This document shows positions 1-7,751 of a DNA stretch of 23,710 nucleotides, one piece after another (position 1 is the stretch's first letter; each line of letters starts with the position of its first letter). The translations under genes were made by a program, and so were the position numbers. The notes below the pieces were generated by a model. That model ran no database searches and was not told where the DNA came from. It saw nothing but the letters and a program-made list of their open reading frames with translations. Source of the stretch: Dehalococcoidales bacterium. Lineage in GTDB: Bacteria; Chloroflexota; Dehalococcoidia; Dehalococcoidales; UBA5627. The stretch lies in contig JAQTVR010000003.1 of the NCBI GenBank assembly GCA_028706995.1, forward strand, positions 1-23,710. Direction: 5' to 3'.

Positions 1-349
1 GGTTAAGGAAAGAGACTTTTTTAGCCGTGGCTTCCAGTAAAACCATTTTTATATCCGGCAGGGCAATTTTTAAGGGAATTCCCGGGAAACCGCCGCCGGT
101 GCCGACATCGATAAACCGGCTGCTTGTAGTTCTTTCTCTTTGCTTCAAAGCCTTTATCACAATCAAAGAATCCAGGAAATGTTTTACCTGGACGTCTTTT
201 AAATCGGTTATAGAAGTCAGGTTTATACGACTGTTCCACTCTAAAAGCTCCCGGTAATAGATATCAAATTGCTCCAGCTCATAAGAGCCGAGTTTAATTC
301 CCAGGTTAGCGGCACCCTCTGCAAGATACCCCATATTTAATTCCGACAT
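1..349 (-). CDS. rsmG: 16S rRNA (guanine-N7)-methyltransferase RsmG/GidB, N-terminal part; the 3' end runs off the window start
   Basis: Own translation of the minus strand from ATG at 349-347 gives MSELNMGYLAEGAANLGIKLGSYELEQFDIYYRELLEWNSRINLTSITDLKDVQVKHFLDSL...SSRFIDVGTGGGFPGIPLKIALPDIKMVLLEATAKKVSFLN, with no stop before position 2. The VKHFLDS block and the SAM-binding DVGTGGGFPGIPL block are typical of RsmG. It is absent from the ORF track because there is no stop in the window. The listed 21..239 ORF is in a different frame. Confidence 0.85.
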   Translation of the reverse strand, partial: MSELNMGYLAEGAANLGIKLGSYELEQFDIYYRELLEWNSRINLTSITDLKDVQVKHFLDSLIVIKALKQRERTTSSRFIDVGTGGGFPGIPLKIALPDIKMVLLEATAKKVSFLN

Positions 350-593
350 GAAATTAATCCTCAAGAAGCATTATATCATTTTAAAAGATAGACATGGACT
401 GTATAACAAACTTGTTTAATATATTTAGCGGCTTTAGTAATCTGTTTCCGCTCGCCTTGAGCCTGCCCAATATCAAGACCGGAGGGAAATCCGCCATGGA
501 AACCTGCCCGGTTTTGACTTTACAACAAACTTCACAAATGATACGATTTATGTACTTCGTTATATACGTGTGATATATAGTTGGAAATTTTTA

Positions 594-1520
594 ATGACTG
601 AATCCGCCATCTGGATAATAGCAGGCATATTATTATTGATTTATCTAGCCATATCTGCTTTTGTGGCTTATTCGGTCGTGCGCATCCCCCGGCTTCCCCT
701 GCGGGAAAATCCATTTTCCGTGGGTTTAGATTACGAGGATGTTTCCTTCCCCAGCCGTAAAGATAAACTGACACTGAAAGGCTGGTATATAGCCGGTAAC
801 AAGGCTTTTACCATCCTTATCGTAACCGGAATGAGACAAAACCGTATCGATTACAGAATCAATACGCTGAATATGGTTAAAGGGTTGGTAGATAAAGGCT
901 TCAATGTTCTTGTTTTCGACCAGCGTGGACGCGGAGAATCCGAAGGAGTAGGTATACTGCTAACTCATTTTGACAGGGATATCGGCGGCGCCGTTGATTA
1001 TATAAAAAAAAGGAACGGCGAAAATGAGCAGATCGGGCTTATCGGTCTTTCCGCCGGCGCAGCAGCCTCCGTTATCTTTAGCAGTGATGAGGATGTCGCT
1101 GCAGTAGTATCTGATAGCTGTTTCACCAGCATATTTAAAGTATTCACTCAGAAAGGATCCAAAATGTCCAGGTTACCCAAACCGCTGGTCAAAACGTTCG
1201 GAATGGGAATACTTCTGTGGGCAAGAGTACTATACGGTTACCACAAAACCGACCCCGCAGATACGGTAGCTAAAGTTAAATGCCCCATCCTTTTCATACA
1301 GGGCGACAAAGATGACTGGGTATCTCTAGATATCACAGAGAGATTACACAAGCTCTCGAACAATCCATTGGACGAGGTATGGCTGGTGCCTAACGCCGGA
1401 CATACCAAGACCTTTTATATTGACCCTGTAGGCTATATCGAGCATATCACTTCCTTCTTTCTTAAGTTCGAAAATCCGGTAGCTAAAAATGAATCGATAA
1501 AGTCAGCTAGTTTACGGTAA
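594..1520 (+). CDS. Membrane-anchored alpha/beta-fold hydrolase (serine hydrolase, function unknown)
   Basis: ORF 570..1520. The N-terminal hydrophobic helix is AIWIIAGILLLIYLAISAFVAYSVV. The nucleophile elbow is GLSAGA (GxSxG), with acidic GDKDDW and a His in NAGHT as triad candidates. ATG 594 is preferred over GTG 570 but the start is uncertain. The 3' end overlaps the convergent A2M gene by 14 nt. Confidence 0.75.
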   Translation: MTESAIWIIAGILLLIYLAISAFVAYSVVRIPRLPLRENPFSVGLDYEDVSFPSRKDKLTLKGWYIAGNKAFTILIVTGMRQNRIDYRINTLNMVKGLVDKGFNVLVFDQRGRGESEGVGILLTHFDRDIGGAVDYIKKRNGENEQIGLIGLSAGAAASVIFSSDEDVAAVVSDSCFTSIFKVFTQKGSKMSRLPKPLVKTFGMGILLWARVLYGYHKTDPADTVAKVKCPILFIQGDKDDWVSLDITERLHKLSNNPLDEVWLVPNAGHTKTFYIDPVGYIEHITSFFLKFENPVAKNESIKSASLR

Positions 1521-4500
1521 TATCCTCACCCAGGACTTCGCTCCTTATATCAGGCTGGTAATAAGAGTACGCCTCTGAAGTGACGCCTTTAGCTTTAACA
1601 GGAAATAATGCCCGGATTTCGAAACTAAAACGGAGGCTATCGCCCTGATGCATATTCTCTATGTAGAATATTACCTTTCTACCGGCGATATCATAGCGCT
1701 TAATGCTCTTTTGGCTTTGCATCAGGGCTACGAGAGTATCGGTAACCGGCTCAAATCCGGTCGGGATAGAAATATCCAGTACAATCATCCCGGCTTCCAT
1801 CGGCTGCGGCGGATTGAATTCAAGTTCTACAGAAATGGTAACAATATCATCGACCTCGACCTCAGTGGTGTCATAATCGACGTTCACCGTTAGAATATTA
1901 TCGCCTTCCTCAACCTGTGGTATGTTGTATCTCTTTATCAACTGGGCAACAGCTTCACCCTCGCCACTGGCGGTTAACTTAACAAGCGAGTTAACAGGTA
2001 CTTCGACTAGCTGCAAAACGTCGAAATTCTCCTGCGTAATCCGTAGCACTTTACTGAAATCTGCTGTCTCTATATTAATAGTAAGGTCTACATCTGCCCT
2101 GGTCCCGGTGGAATATTCGGTCAACGCCTGCAGTGCTACAACGGTATCCTGTGTAGAACCGTATCCTCCATAGACATTCCGCTGGGATACAAGCCACTTG
2201 GCAGCCCTTGAAGAGTTATAAGTATCGCCGTGATTAATTAAAGCTAAAGTAGCATAAGCGGTAGTTTCGATATTAGCGCTCCGGTTATTTTCCATGGGGT
2301 ATAAACCGCCTTTACTTTCTTTGATAATAACCTCATCAGTTCCCCAGTGCAAACCATTTTCATCTTCTATAGCCATATCCATTAACATTTGATAGGCATA
2401 ACCGGATTTATCGCTGCCGGCAAGCTCAAGCGCATATATAACAAGAGCCAGCGTATATGAGTCATCGATTTCATCTAATACACCCCCTAAATAATTTATG
2501 GCTTTAGCCGAAGCGGTCTCTTCACCAGCTTCCATCAGAGCTATAGCCGTGTAAGCTGTTAAGGCGGTTTGCCCCCGGAGCCCGCCCAGCAACTCCTGGT
2601 GATGCACAAAGCCTACCTGTTTAAAAGAGCCGTCACTATTCTGGTGAGCCTTTATCCAGCGTATGGCATTGTCCAGTACAGAGCTATCGATATAAATAAT
2701 GTCCTCGGCCTGTGCAAAGCTCTTCAACACAAAAGCCGTCAGCCACAGGCTGCCTTCCTCGTCACTCTCTCCAAAGGCAGAGAAACTGCCGTCGCTTCGC
2801 ATATAGGTAAGCTCACGTTGATATCCGGTGATCATCAGCATTTCCGCTTTGGCCATGATCTCGGCTTTTATCTGTCCGGTTTCCTGAAGATACCTGGTTA
2901 TATAAACATCCGGCGCAAATACTATCATATTCTGCTCGCCACAACCGTAGGGCATCTGTATCAGTTGATCCAGCCCTTCGATAGTCTGGCTGAGATAACT
3001 GGAAGTCAAGGCAATATATACCCTGCCGGAGGCTTCGATTACTTCGTATGGAATGGTAGTATCCAGTTCGATTGTATCGCCTCCGGAAAGGGCAAAGTTT
3101 TCGACAAACTCACGGGAAACTCCTTCCGGCTGAATAAGCAGGTTTTGAACTACTGCATCTGCCGCTTCCATACTCTGGGCGATTATCTTGAAATCATTTA
3201 TACCCAACCCTATAGGTTTTATCATGAATTCTACGCTGCCGACTCCATTAGCATCTACCGTTACTGTCTTTTCAGCGTCATCCAGCAGTTCAAACCACCC
3301 TTCTTCTTCTATCTGTATCAGTACTTCCTGAGACTTTCCCAGATAATTATAGACAGCTACTTTTATGGCAAATTCTTCCCCTCTTATCGCGGAATATGGC
3401 AAATCGACCGTTATAAAGAATGGCTGGAATGCCAGTAGTTCATCTTCAGCCATTCCTAACCCGTACTCCTTGGATAAGGCAACTGCCTGAAGCATCCAGG
3501 TCGTTATGGTATCCGGGACTTCCACCGATATGGATATAAAGCCGTCCTCATCTACGCTCACTTCTTCCCATAGCCAGGTTTCAGGGAAGAACTGCCTCAC
3601 CCTCTCCACATCAGCAAGATCCGACGTTTGACTGGAACCTGTCGTCTGGGTAACTACTGCTCCAGCTTCGGCAGCATTATCAAAAGCAATACCCCCCGCA
3701 AATTTCCAGAGTCTACCCCACCAGTCGACTGTATTGGACTTATACTCTGCTCCCTCGGGTATCGTATTATTACTGAGGACTATCATTCCGATATCCTTAA
3801 AAACATCCATGGCCCCCTGTGTGGTTATGGATGGATATATAGTCGCTTCATGAATCTCCAACTGCGGTTGCATATACAGGCGTTCCAGTTCATCGAAAAC
3901 CTGCTGCAAATTCAACCTGTTCTCAGAAAGTATAAAAACGGATTTATCGACAACGGAAATACCTACTTTAGCTTTTCCCTCTGTTTCAATGTTAATTTCT
4001 ATTTTATCACCGGGGGCAGCCTCATCTTGGCTGAATTCCACTTTGATATTCTGCGGGTATTTGGCTGTAACTTTAAATGTCAGGTAATCCGCTGCCAGTT
4101 CGCTATTGGGTAAAATCTGGTACACAAGTATCTTGGAAGAAGGAGCCATAAGCGGTGTTACTTTAAAAGATATCTCGGAATTACGCGTAAAATCAGAATA
4201 TATCACATTGCCGCGAGAAACGATTTCATAGTAGAAATTGGCCGCTTCCCTGGTAGAATTTACCTTAAATACTATCTCTTCCCCTACCTTGAGAGTGCCT
4301 TCACTTATCTGCTCCAGGTGAATAAAATTACCCGAAGGGGAATAAGAAGCAGTTATTACCTTTGATGCCGTCGCCGGCGCTACCGAAGATACAGGCGTTA
4401 GTTCGAAGGTTTCGATGGTCATGGCAACCGCATCTACGGGGGGACTTATATCTACCAGCGCCTTTCCCTTAACGGTATCGATTTTCTGGTGCTCGGTCCC

Positions 4501-4887
4501 AACCTCTTTGTACTCCTTATCAAGATAGGTCACCTTTACATCTATTTGGGCATCCACCGGTTCGTTACCGGGAGTCTCGGTTATCAAAAGCAATTTAAAA
4601 GGCAAACCCGGCTTAAAAACTGAATTTTCAGGGATTATTTGAATATTTAGAGGAGTCTCGGCTACCGTTAGCATCTCGCTGGTCTTTTCTTCATAACCGG
4701 TAGTATCTTCCCTGACAATAATATCAAGGATAATATTACCCGTTCCGGCGGCTGCCGGAGTGCCGGCAACATAACCCGCTGCCGGGATTTCGAACTCTAC
4801 TTCGCCATCTATCCTTTTAGTAAGTGTGGCATATTCTTTCCACTCGCCGATATATCTCGAAGCAATTATCTCGACCTCGCCTGTCAC
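1507..4887 (-). CDS. Alpha-2-macroglobulin / thioester-containing protein, C-terminal 1126-codon fragment. The frame stays open upstream to 5031 and is the same frame as ORF 5032..5652.
   Basis: Thioester motif PYGCGEQNM (GCGEQ at 2932-2946). RQFFPETWLWEE block (about 3574-3597) follows a Gly/Ser/Thr-rich bait-like segment. Repeated MG-type beta-sandwich segments are present. The thioester-domain helical-repeat region includes DGSFSAFG and SLWLTAFVLKSF. The tail is receptor-binding-domain-like, ending YYQPDIRSEVLGEDITVN. Confidence 0.9.
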   Translation of the reverse strand: MTGEVEIIASRYIGEWKEYATLTKRIDGEVEFEIPAAGYVAGTPAAAGTGNIILDIIVREDTTGYEEKTSEMLTVAETPLNIQIIPENSVFKPGLPFKLLLITETPGNEPVDAQIDVKVTYLDKEYKEVGTEHQKIDTVKGKALVDISPPVDAVAMTIETFELTPVSSVAPATASKVITASYSPSGNFIHLEQISEGTLKVGEEIVFKVNSTREAANFYYEIVSRGNVIYSDFTRNSEISFKVTPLMAPSSKILVYQILPNSELAADYLTFKVTAKYPQNIKVEFSQDEAAPGDKIEINIETEGKAKVGISVVDKSVFILSENRLNLQQVFDELERLYMQPQLEIHEATIYPSITTQGAMDVFKDIGMIVLSNNTIPEGAEYKSNTVDWWGRLWKFAGGIAFDNAAEAGAVVTQTTGSSQTSDLADVERVRQFFPETWLWEEVSVDEDGFISISVEVPDTITTWMLQAVALSKEYGLGMAEDELLAFQPFFITVDLPYSAIRGEEFAIKVAVYNYLGKSQEVLIQIEEEGWFELLDDAEKTVTVDANGVGSVEFMIKPIGLGINDFKIIAQSMEAADAVVQNLLIQPEGVSREFVENFALSGGDTIELDTTIPYEVIEASGRVYIALTSSYLSQTIEGLDQLIQMPYGCGEQNMIVFAPDVYITRYLQETGQIKAEIMAKAEMLMITGYQRELTYMRSDGSFSAFGESDEEGSLWLTAFVLKSFAQAEDIIYIDSSVLDNAIRWIKAHQNSDGSFKQVGFVHHQELLGGLRGQTALTAYTAIALMEAGEETASAKAINYLGGVLDEIDDSYTLALVIYALELAGSDKSGYAYQMLMDMAIEDENGLHWGTDEVIIKESKGGLYPMENNRSANIETTAYATLALINHGDTYNSSRAAKWLVSQRNVYGGYGSTQDTVVALQALTEYSTGTRADVDLTINIETADFSKVLRITQENFDVLQLVEVPVNSLVKLTASGEGEAVAQLIKRYNIPQVEEGDNILTVNVDYDTTEVEVDDIVTISVELEFNPPQPMEAGMIVLDISIPTGFEPVTDTLVALMQSQKSIKRYDIAGRKVIFYIENMHQGDSLRFSFEIRALFPVKAKGVTSEAYSYYQPDIRSEVLGEDITVN

Positions 4888-5031
4888 CGGTTTACCAAAA
4901 CTGTATTTGGCTGATATTTTACCGGTAATGGTCTCATTTATTAAAAACCAATCACTGGGAAGCGCTACATTTATTTCATATTTAGGCAGAACATATTCTT
5001 CTACACTGATATCAAGTTGCGCCCGGCTATT

Positions 5032-5652
5032 TTATGTTTTAGCTGTAATTTTCCAGTTGCCGAGATTAGGTTCTTCAGATACGGGGAGTTCCAGGGTTGC
5101 CATACCGTATTGATCCGTGGATATTTCACTTCGGAATATCTTTATTCCCCTTGCGTCCTGAACCTCTACTGTAATCCCCTCTTCCAGTGGCCTCAACTCG
5201 TTATTCAGAGTGATAACCCTTATGTTAATTACCTGCCCCGGTTTATAAATGGGTTTATCCGTATATAAAAAGGTAAGAAATGTTTTCTCTACCTTAACAG
5301 TGGCTTTATCTTCGAAACCGTCACCCTTTATTTGTATTTCGTAATCGCCTTCAGCGATATCCGGTATCTCCAGCGCTATTGTCCCCTTACCCGATATAGT
5401 CTTGTGTGTCCTATAGATTTCTCTACCCGAATCCAGTAACCTGACCTCGACATTACCTTTAACCAGATTACTGCCGCTGAAAAGGGCTAAGGACATCTGT
5501 TCCGTTTGCCCGCTGTGGAGCACTTTAGGGATTATTGCCATATAGCTTTCTGCAGCTTCTACATTTTTGGGAGGCCAACCAATTGGAATCAGTGTAAGTA
5601 CAAGTACCAGGGCAACGATAAGAGCAACAAACGTATACCTTTTTGCAAACAT
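5032..5652 (-). CDS. Alpha-2-macroglobulin family protein, N-terminal fragment (signal peptide plus first MG domains), ended by an in-frame TAA at 5032-5034
   Basis: Signal/anchor sequence MFAKRYTFVALIVALVLVLTLIPIG...VEAAE with no lipobox Cys. MG-domain-like sequence KPIYKPGQVINIRVITL. SD GGGAAGAGG lies upstream of ATG 5652. Coordinates 5652 and 4887 are both multiples of 3, so this fragment shares the frame of the downstream one. Own translation across the junction reads NWKITAKT*NSRAQLDISVEEYVLPKYEINVALPS... Confidence 0.85.
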   Translation of the reverse strand: MFAKRYTFVALIVALVLVLTLIPIGWPPKNVEAAESYMAIIPKVLHSGQTEQMSLALFSGSNLVKGNVEVRLLDSGREIYRTHKTISGKGTIALEIPDIAEGDYEIQIKGDGFEDKATVKVEKTFLTFLYTDKPIYKPGQVINIRVITLNNELRPLEEGITVEVQDARGIKIFRSEISTDQYGMATLELPVSEEPNLGNWKITAKT

Positions 5653-5749
5653 AGCGCACCTCTTCCCAGTTTATCGATTACATATTATATAACGAACCAA
5701 ACAGGAAAAGGTTACTGGTAAGATTTTTATTTAAGATATCGGAAGAAGA

Positions 5750-5810
5750 ACGAATAAGAAAGGCAGGAAATAAAATAGAGCTTTAGATAGTTACTCATTT
5801 CTCCTGCCTC
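5750..5810 (-). terminator. Possible intrinsic terminator downstream of the FKBP gene
   Basis: On the minus-strand RNA, AGGCAGGAGA (5800-5809) can pair with UUUCCUGCCU (5761-5770). That is 10 bp including one G-U. A U-rich tract follows (UUCUUAUUCGUUCUUCUU). The loop is about 29 nt, which is atypically large. Confidence 0.3.
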
Positions 5811-5833
5811 ATGTAATGCTTACATAAACAAAC

Positions 5834-6256
5834 TTAGTTTTCTTCTAATAAGTTCAGTTCGAAGGTCAGGTCTTTACCGGACAGAAAATGGTTGGCATCG
5901 AGGGTTATAGACTTTTCGCCGATTTCGGTGATAGTGACCAAAACTGGAGCACCGCTTTGTTGCCGCACTTGTAATTTGTCCCCTACCTTTGGATTCAGGT
6001 TCGTCGGCATTTTCTCTTTTTCTATAACCAATATTAGCTCTTCACGCTTTTGTCCGTAAGCCTGGTCTGCCGGAATGATAACAGTCTTTGTTTCACCGAC
6101 TTCCATGCTCTTTATCGCGTCTTCGAAGCCGGGAATCACCTTACCCTCGCCTATTGTAAATTCCAGTGGTTCCCTCTCCAGAGACGAATCGAAAACACTA
6201 CCATCGCAAAGTTTACCGGTATAATGAACCTTTACCCTGCTTCCATCCTTTGCCAT
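5834..6256 (-). CDS. slyD: FKBP-type peptidyl-prolyl cis-trans isomerase, SlyD-like with insert-in-flap chaperone domain and no His-rich tail
   Basis: VKVHYTGKLCDGSVFDSS...PLEFTIGEGKVIPGFEDAI...GE is the FKBP core. DANHFLSGKDLTFELNLLE matches the SlyD C-terminal strand pattern (DGNH.LAG..L.F.V.V). Confidence 0.85.
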   Translation of the reverse strand: MAKDGSRVKVHYTGKLCDGSVFDSSLEREPLEFTIGEGKVIPGFEDAIKSMEVGETKTVIIPADQAYGQKREELILVIEKEKMPTNLNPKVGDKLQVRQQSGAPVLVTITEIGEKSITLDANHFLSGKDLTFELNLLEEN

Positions 6257-6313
6257 TTAGAATCTTCCTTTCCCACATTTAATAAATCAAATCAATAACC
6301 TGTTATGGATGTT

Positions 6314-6347
6314 AAAAAGGGCATACTAAAAAAAGTATGCCCTTTTG
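6314..6347 (-). terminator. Rho-independent terminator after the zinc-ribbon gene
   Basis: Perfect inverted repeat AAAAGGGCATAC (6315-6326) / GTATGCCCTTTT (6335-6346) with an 8-nt A/T loop. On the minus strand the stem is followed by a U run. It lies 21 nt downstream of the stop at 6368. Confidence 0.7.
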
Positions 6348-6367
6348 GAAGACCAATTAGCAGTTAT

Positions 6368-6673
6368 TTACTGTGCTTTGTTCTTTCTGTAGCAGTCGCT
6401 GCAATAAACCGGCTTGTCGCCACGGGGTTCGAATGGAACTTCCGTGTCTTTACCACATTCAGCGCATACAGTTGGATACATCTGGCGTCTTGCGCCACCA
6501 TATCCACCGCCGCTGTTACCAAAACGTTCGGTTTTCCTTGCCTGCCTGCATGTAGGGCAACGTTTCGGTTCATTTGAGTAGCCTTTGGATTGAAAGAACT
6601 CTTGCTCTTCAGCACTAAAAGTGAATGTAGCGCCACAATCAGAGCAAACGATAGCCTTATCCTTAAAGCTCAT
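6368..6673 (-). CDS. Small double zinc-ribbon protein containing a CxxC-x17-CxxC domain; function unknown
   Basis: Eight Cys residues occur in four CxxC pairs. The first is CSDC-x25-CPTC. A Gly-rich linker GNSGGGYGG follows. The second is CAEC-x17-CSDC with the VPF.P....PVYC pattern of the CxxC-x17-CxxC family. A strong SD AAGGAAGGAGG sits before the ATG. Confidence 0.8.
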   Translation of the reverse strand: MSFKDKAIVCSDCGATFTFSAEEQEFFQSKGYSNEPKRCPTCRQARKTERFGNSGGGYGGARRQMYPTVCAECGKDTEVPFEPRGDKPVYCSDCYRKNKAQ

Positions 6674-6674
6674 T

Positions 6675-6720
6675 GGATGACCTCCTTCCTTATTTTAGTT
6701 GGTATGTGTCGCGGTCATCC
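6675..6720 (-). promoter_or_regulatory. Leader hairpin whose 3' arm overlaps the SD of the zinc-ribbon gene
   Basis: Minus-strand RNA GGAUGACC (6713-6720) can pair with GGUCAUCC (6675-6682), a perfect 8 bp. The 3' arm begins inside GGAGG and ends 1 nt before the AUG. A second anti-SD-like CUUCCUC lies at 6754-6761. Confidence 0.35.
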
Positions 6721-6825
6721 GTTACTTGTGAGTAATTCAAAGAGCATACGTTGAGGAAGCTTGATGAATAAACTGTAGCTGTAGAAAAATAGTACATAAT
6801 GACCTAACTTATAACCACCGAAATC

Positions 6826-6854
6826 AGAATACTATAAAAAAAAGGCTTTGTCAA
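6826..6854 (-). promoter_or_regulatory. Candidate sigma70-type promoter of the zinc-ribbon gene
   Basis: On the minus strand, TTGACA (6849-6854) is followed by a 17-nt spacer and then TATTCT (6826-6831). This implies a leader of about 145 nt. Confidence 0.35.
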
Positions 6855-6950
6855 TAACAATAATCGGGTGTCTTTTGTAATTAAAATCAAGGTGGTATAA
6901 ATCGTTCAAATCTGTAAACACCTGTCTTAACAAAAAATGATATATTTACA

Positions 6951-7742
6951 CTATTCCTGTTTACTGAAAGACCATATAGCCGCTACCATCAATATCCCAC
7001 CGAAAACGACAACAACCAGAATGTCCTCGAATATGCTCATTGTGTGCCCGAAAATAGAAACGCTCAGAGCTGACGCTGCCTCGGAACCGAGGAATATCTG
7101 GCGTATAGCATCTACGCCATATGTCAACGGATTTATTTTAGAAATGAATTCCATCCATGCCGGAACATTGTTTACCGGGAAGAATACACCAGCTAAAAAT
7201 ATCAAAGGCATTATTATTATCTGCGTAACCAGTTGAAATCCCTGCTGGGACTTCATGCGCGAAGCTACCAGTAAACCCAGTCCTGAAATAGAAACGGAGA
7301 TTATAAATATGGCTATTAACAGTTCGATTATCAAGATAAAACTAAGAGGAATACCCAGTATCGGTGCCAGAATAAGCATAATACAGGTCTGCAATATGGC
7401 TGTCGTCGCCGCACCTACCGATTTACCGAGCAAAATGCCGCTACGTCCTATAGGTGAAACCAGAAGCTCTTTTAAGAATCCGAATTCACGATCCCATACT
7501 ATGGATATTCCGGACATTATTGCACCCATGACCACTGTCATGGCAATAATACCCGGGTACATGAACTGCAGGTAATTAACACCCGGTACCAATGACCCGA
7601 TAGTTTGTCCAAAGCCGGCGCCGAATATTACCAGGAATATCAACGGCATAATAAATGATGATATCAAGCGCGAGCGTTCCTGAACGAAGCGCAGTAATTC
7701 CCTGTAGGCAACCACCCGGATTCCTCTAAATACGTCCGTCAT
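6951..7742 (-). CDS. ABC-2 type transporter permease
   Basis: 263 aa with about six hydrophobic helices. It begins with the ABC-2 N-terminal pattern REL.RF....SRLISS...P. It sits 9 nt downstream of the ATPase gene. Confidence 0.8.
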   Translation of the reverse strand: MTDVFRGIRVVAYRELLRFVQERSRLISSFIMPLIFLVIFGAGFGQTIGSLVPGVNYLQFMYPGIIAMTVVMGAIMSGISIVWDREFGFLKELLVSPIGRSGILLGKSVGAATTAILQTCIMLILAPILGIPLSFILIIELLIAIFIISVSISGLGLLVASRMKSQQGFQLVTQIIIMPLIFLAGVFFPVNNVPAWMEFISKINPLTYGVDAIRQIFLGSEAASALSVSIFGHTMSIFEDILVVVVFGGILMVAAIWSFSKQE

Positions 7743-7751
7743 AATTGACCT

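Noticed and set aside
2569-3438. 289-aa plus-strand ORF, along with 1648..1893, 1922..2173 and 3628..4113, lying antisense to the A2M gene
   Set aside because: It is entirely nested opposite a minus-strand frame with unmistakable A2M motifs. The translation is low-complexity with no recognisable motif, SD or plausible start context. This is a typical shadow ORF.
5032-5034. The in-frame TAA in A2M as evidence of an alternative genetic code or programmed recoding
   Set aside because: TAA clearly terminates other well-supported genes in this window: the hydrolase at 1518-1520, hisH at 10491-10493, hisF at 13806-13808 and the GltB subunit at 15325-15327. No recoding signal is evident. A nonsense mutation or sequencing error is the simpler explanation.
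6305-6636. Alternative ORFs overlapping the zinc-ribbon locus (6305..6577 +, 6364..6636 -, 6373..6555 +)
   Set aside because: Only the 6368..6673 minus-strand frame gives four regularly spaced CxxC pairs, a strong SD and a downstream terminator. The others are frame shadows.
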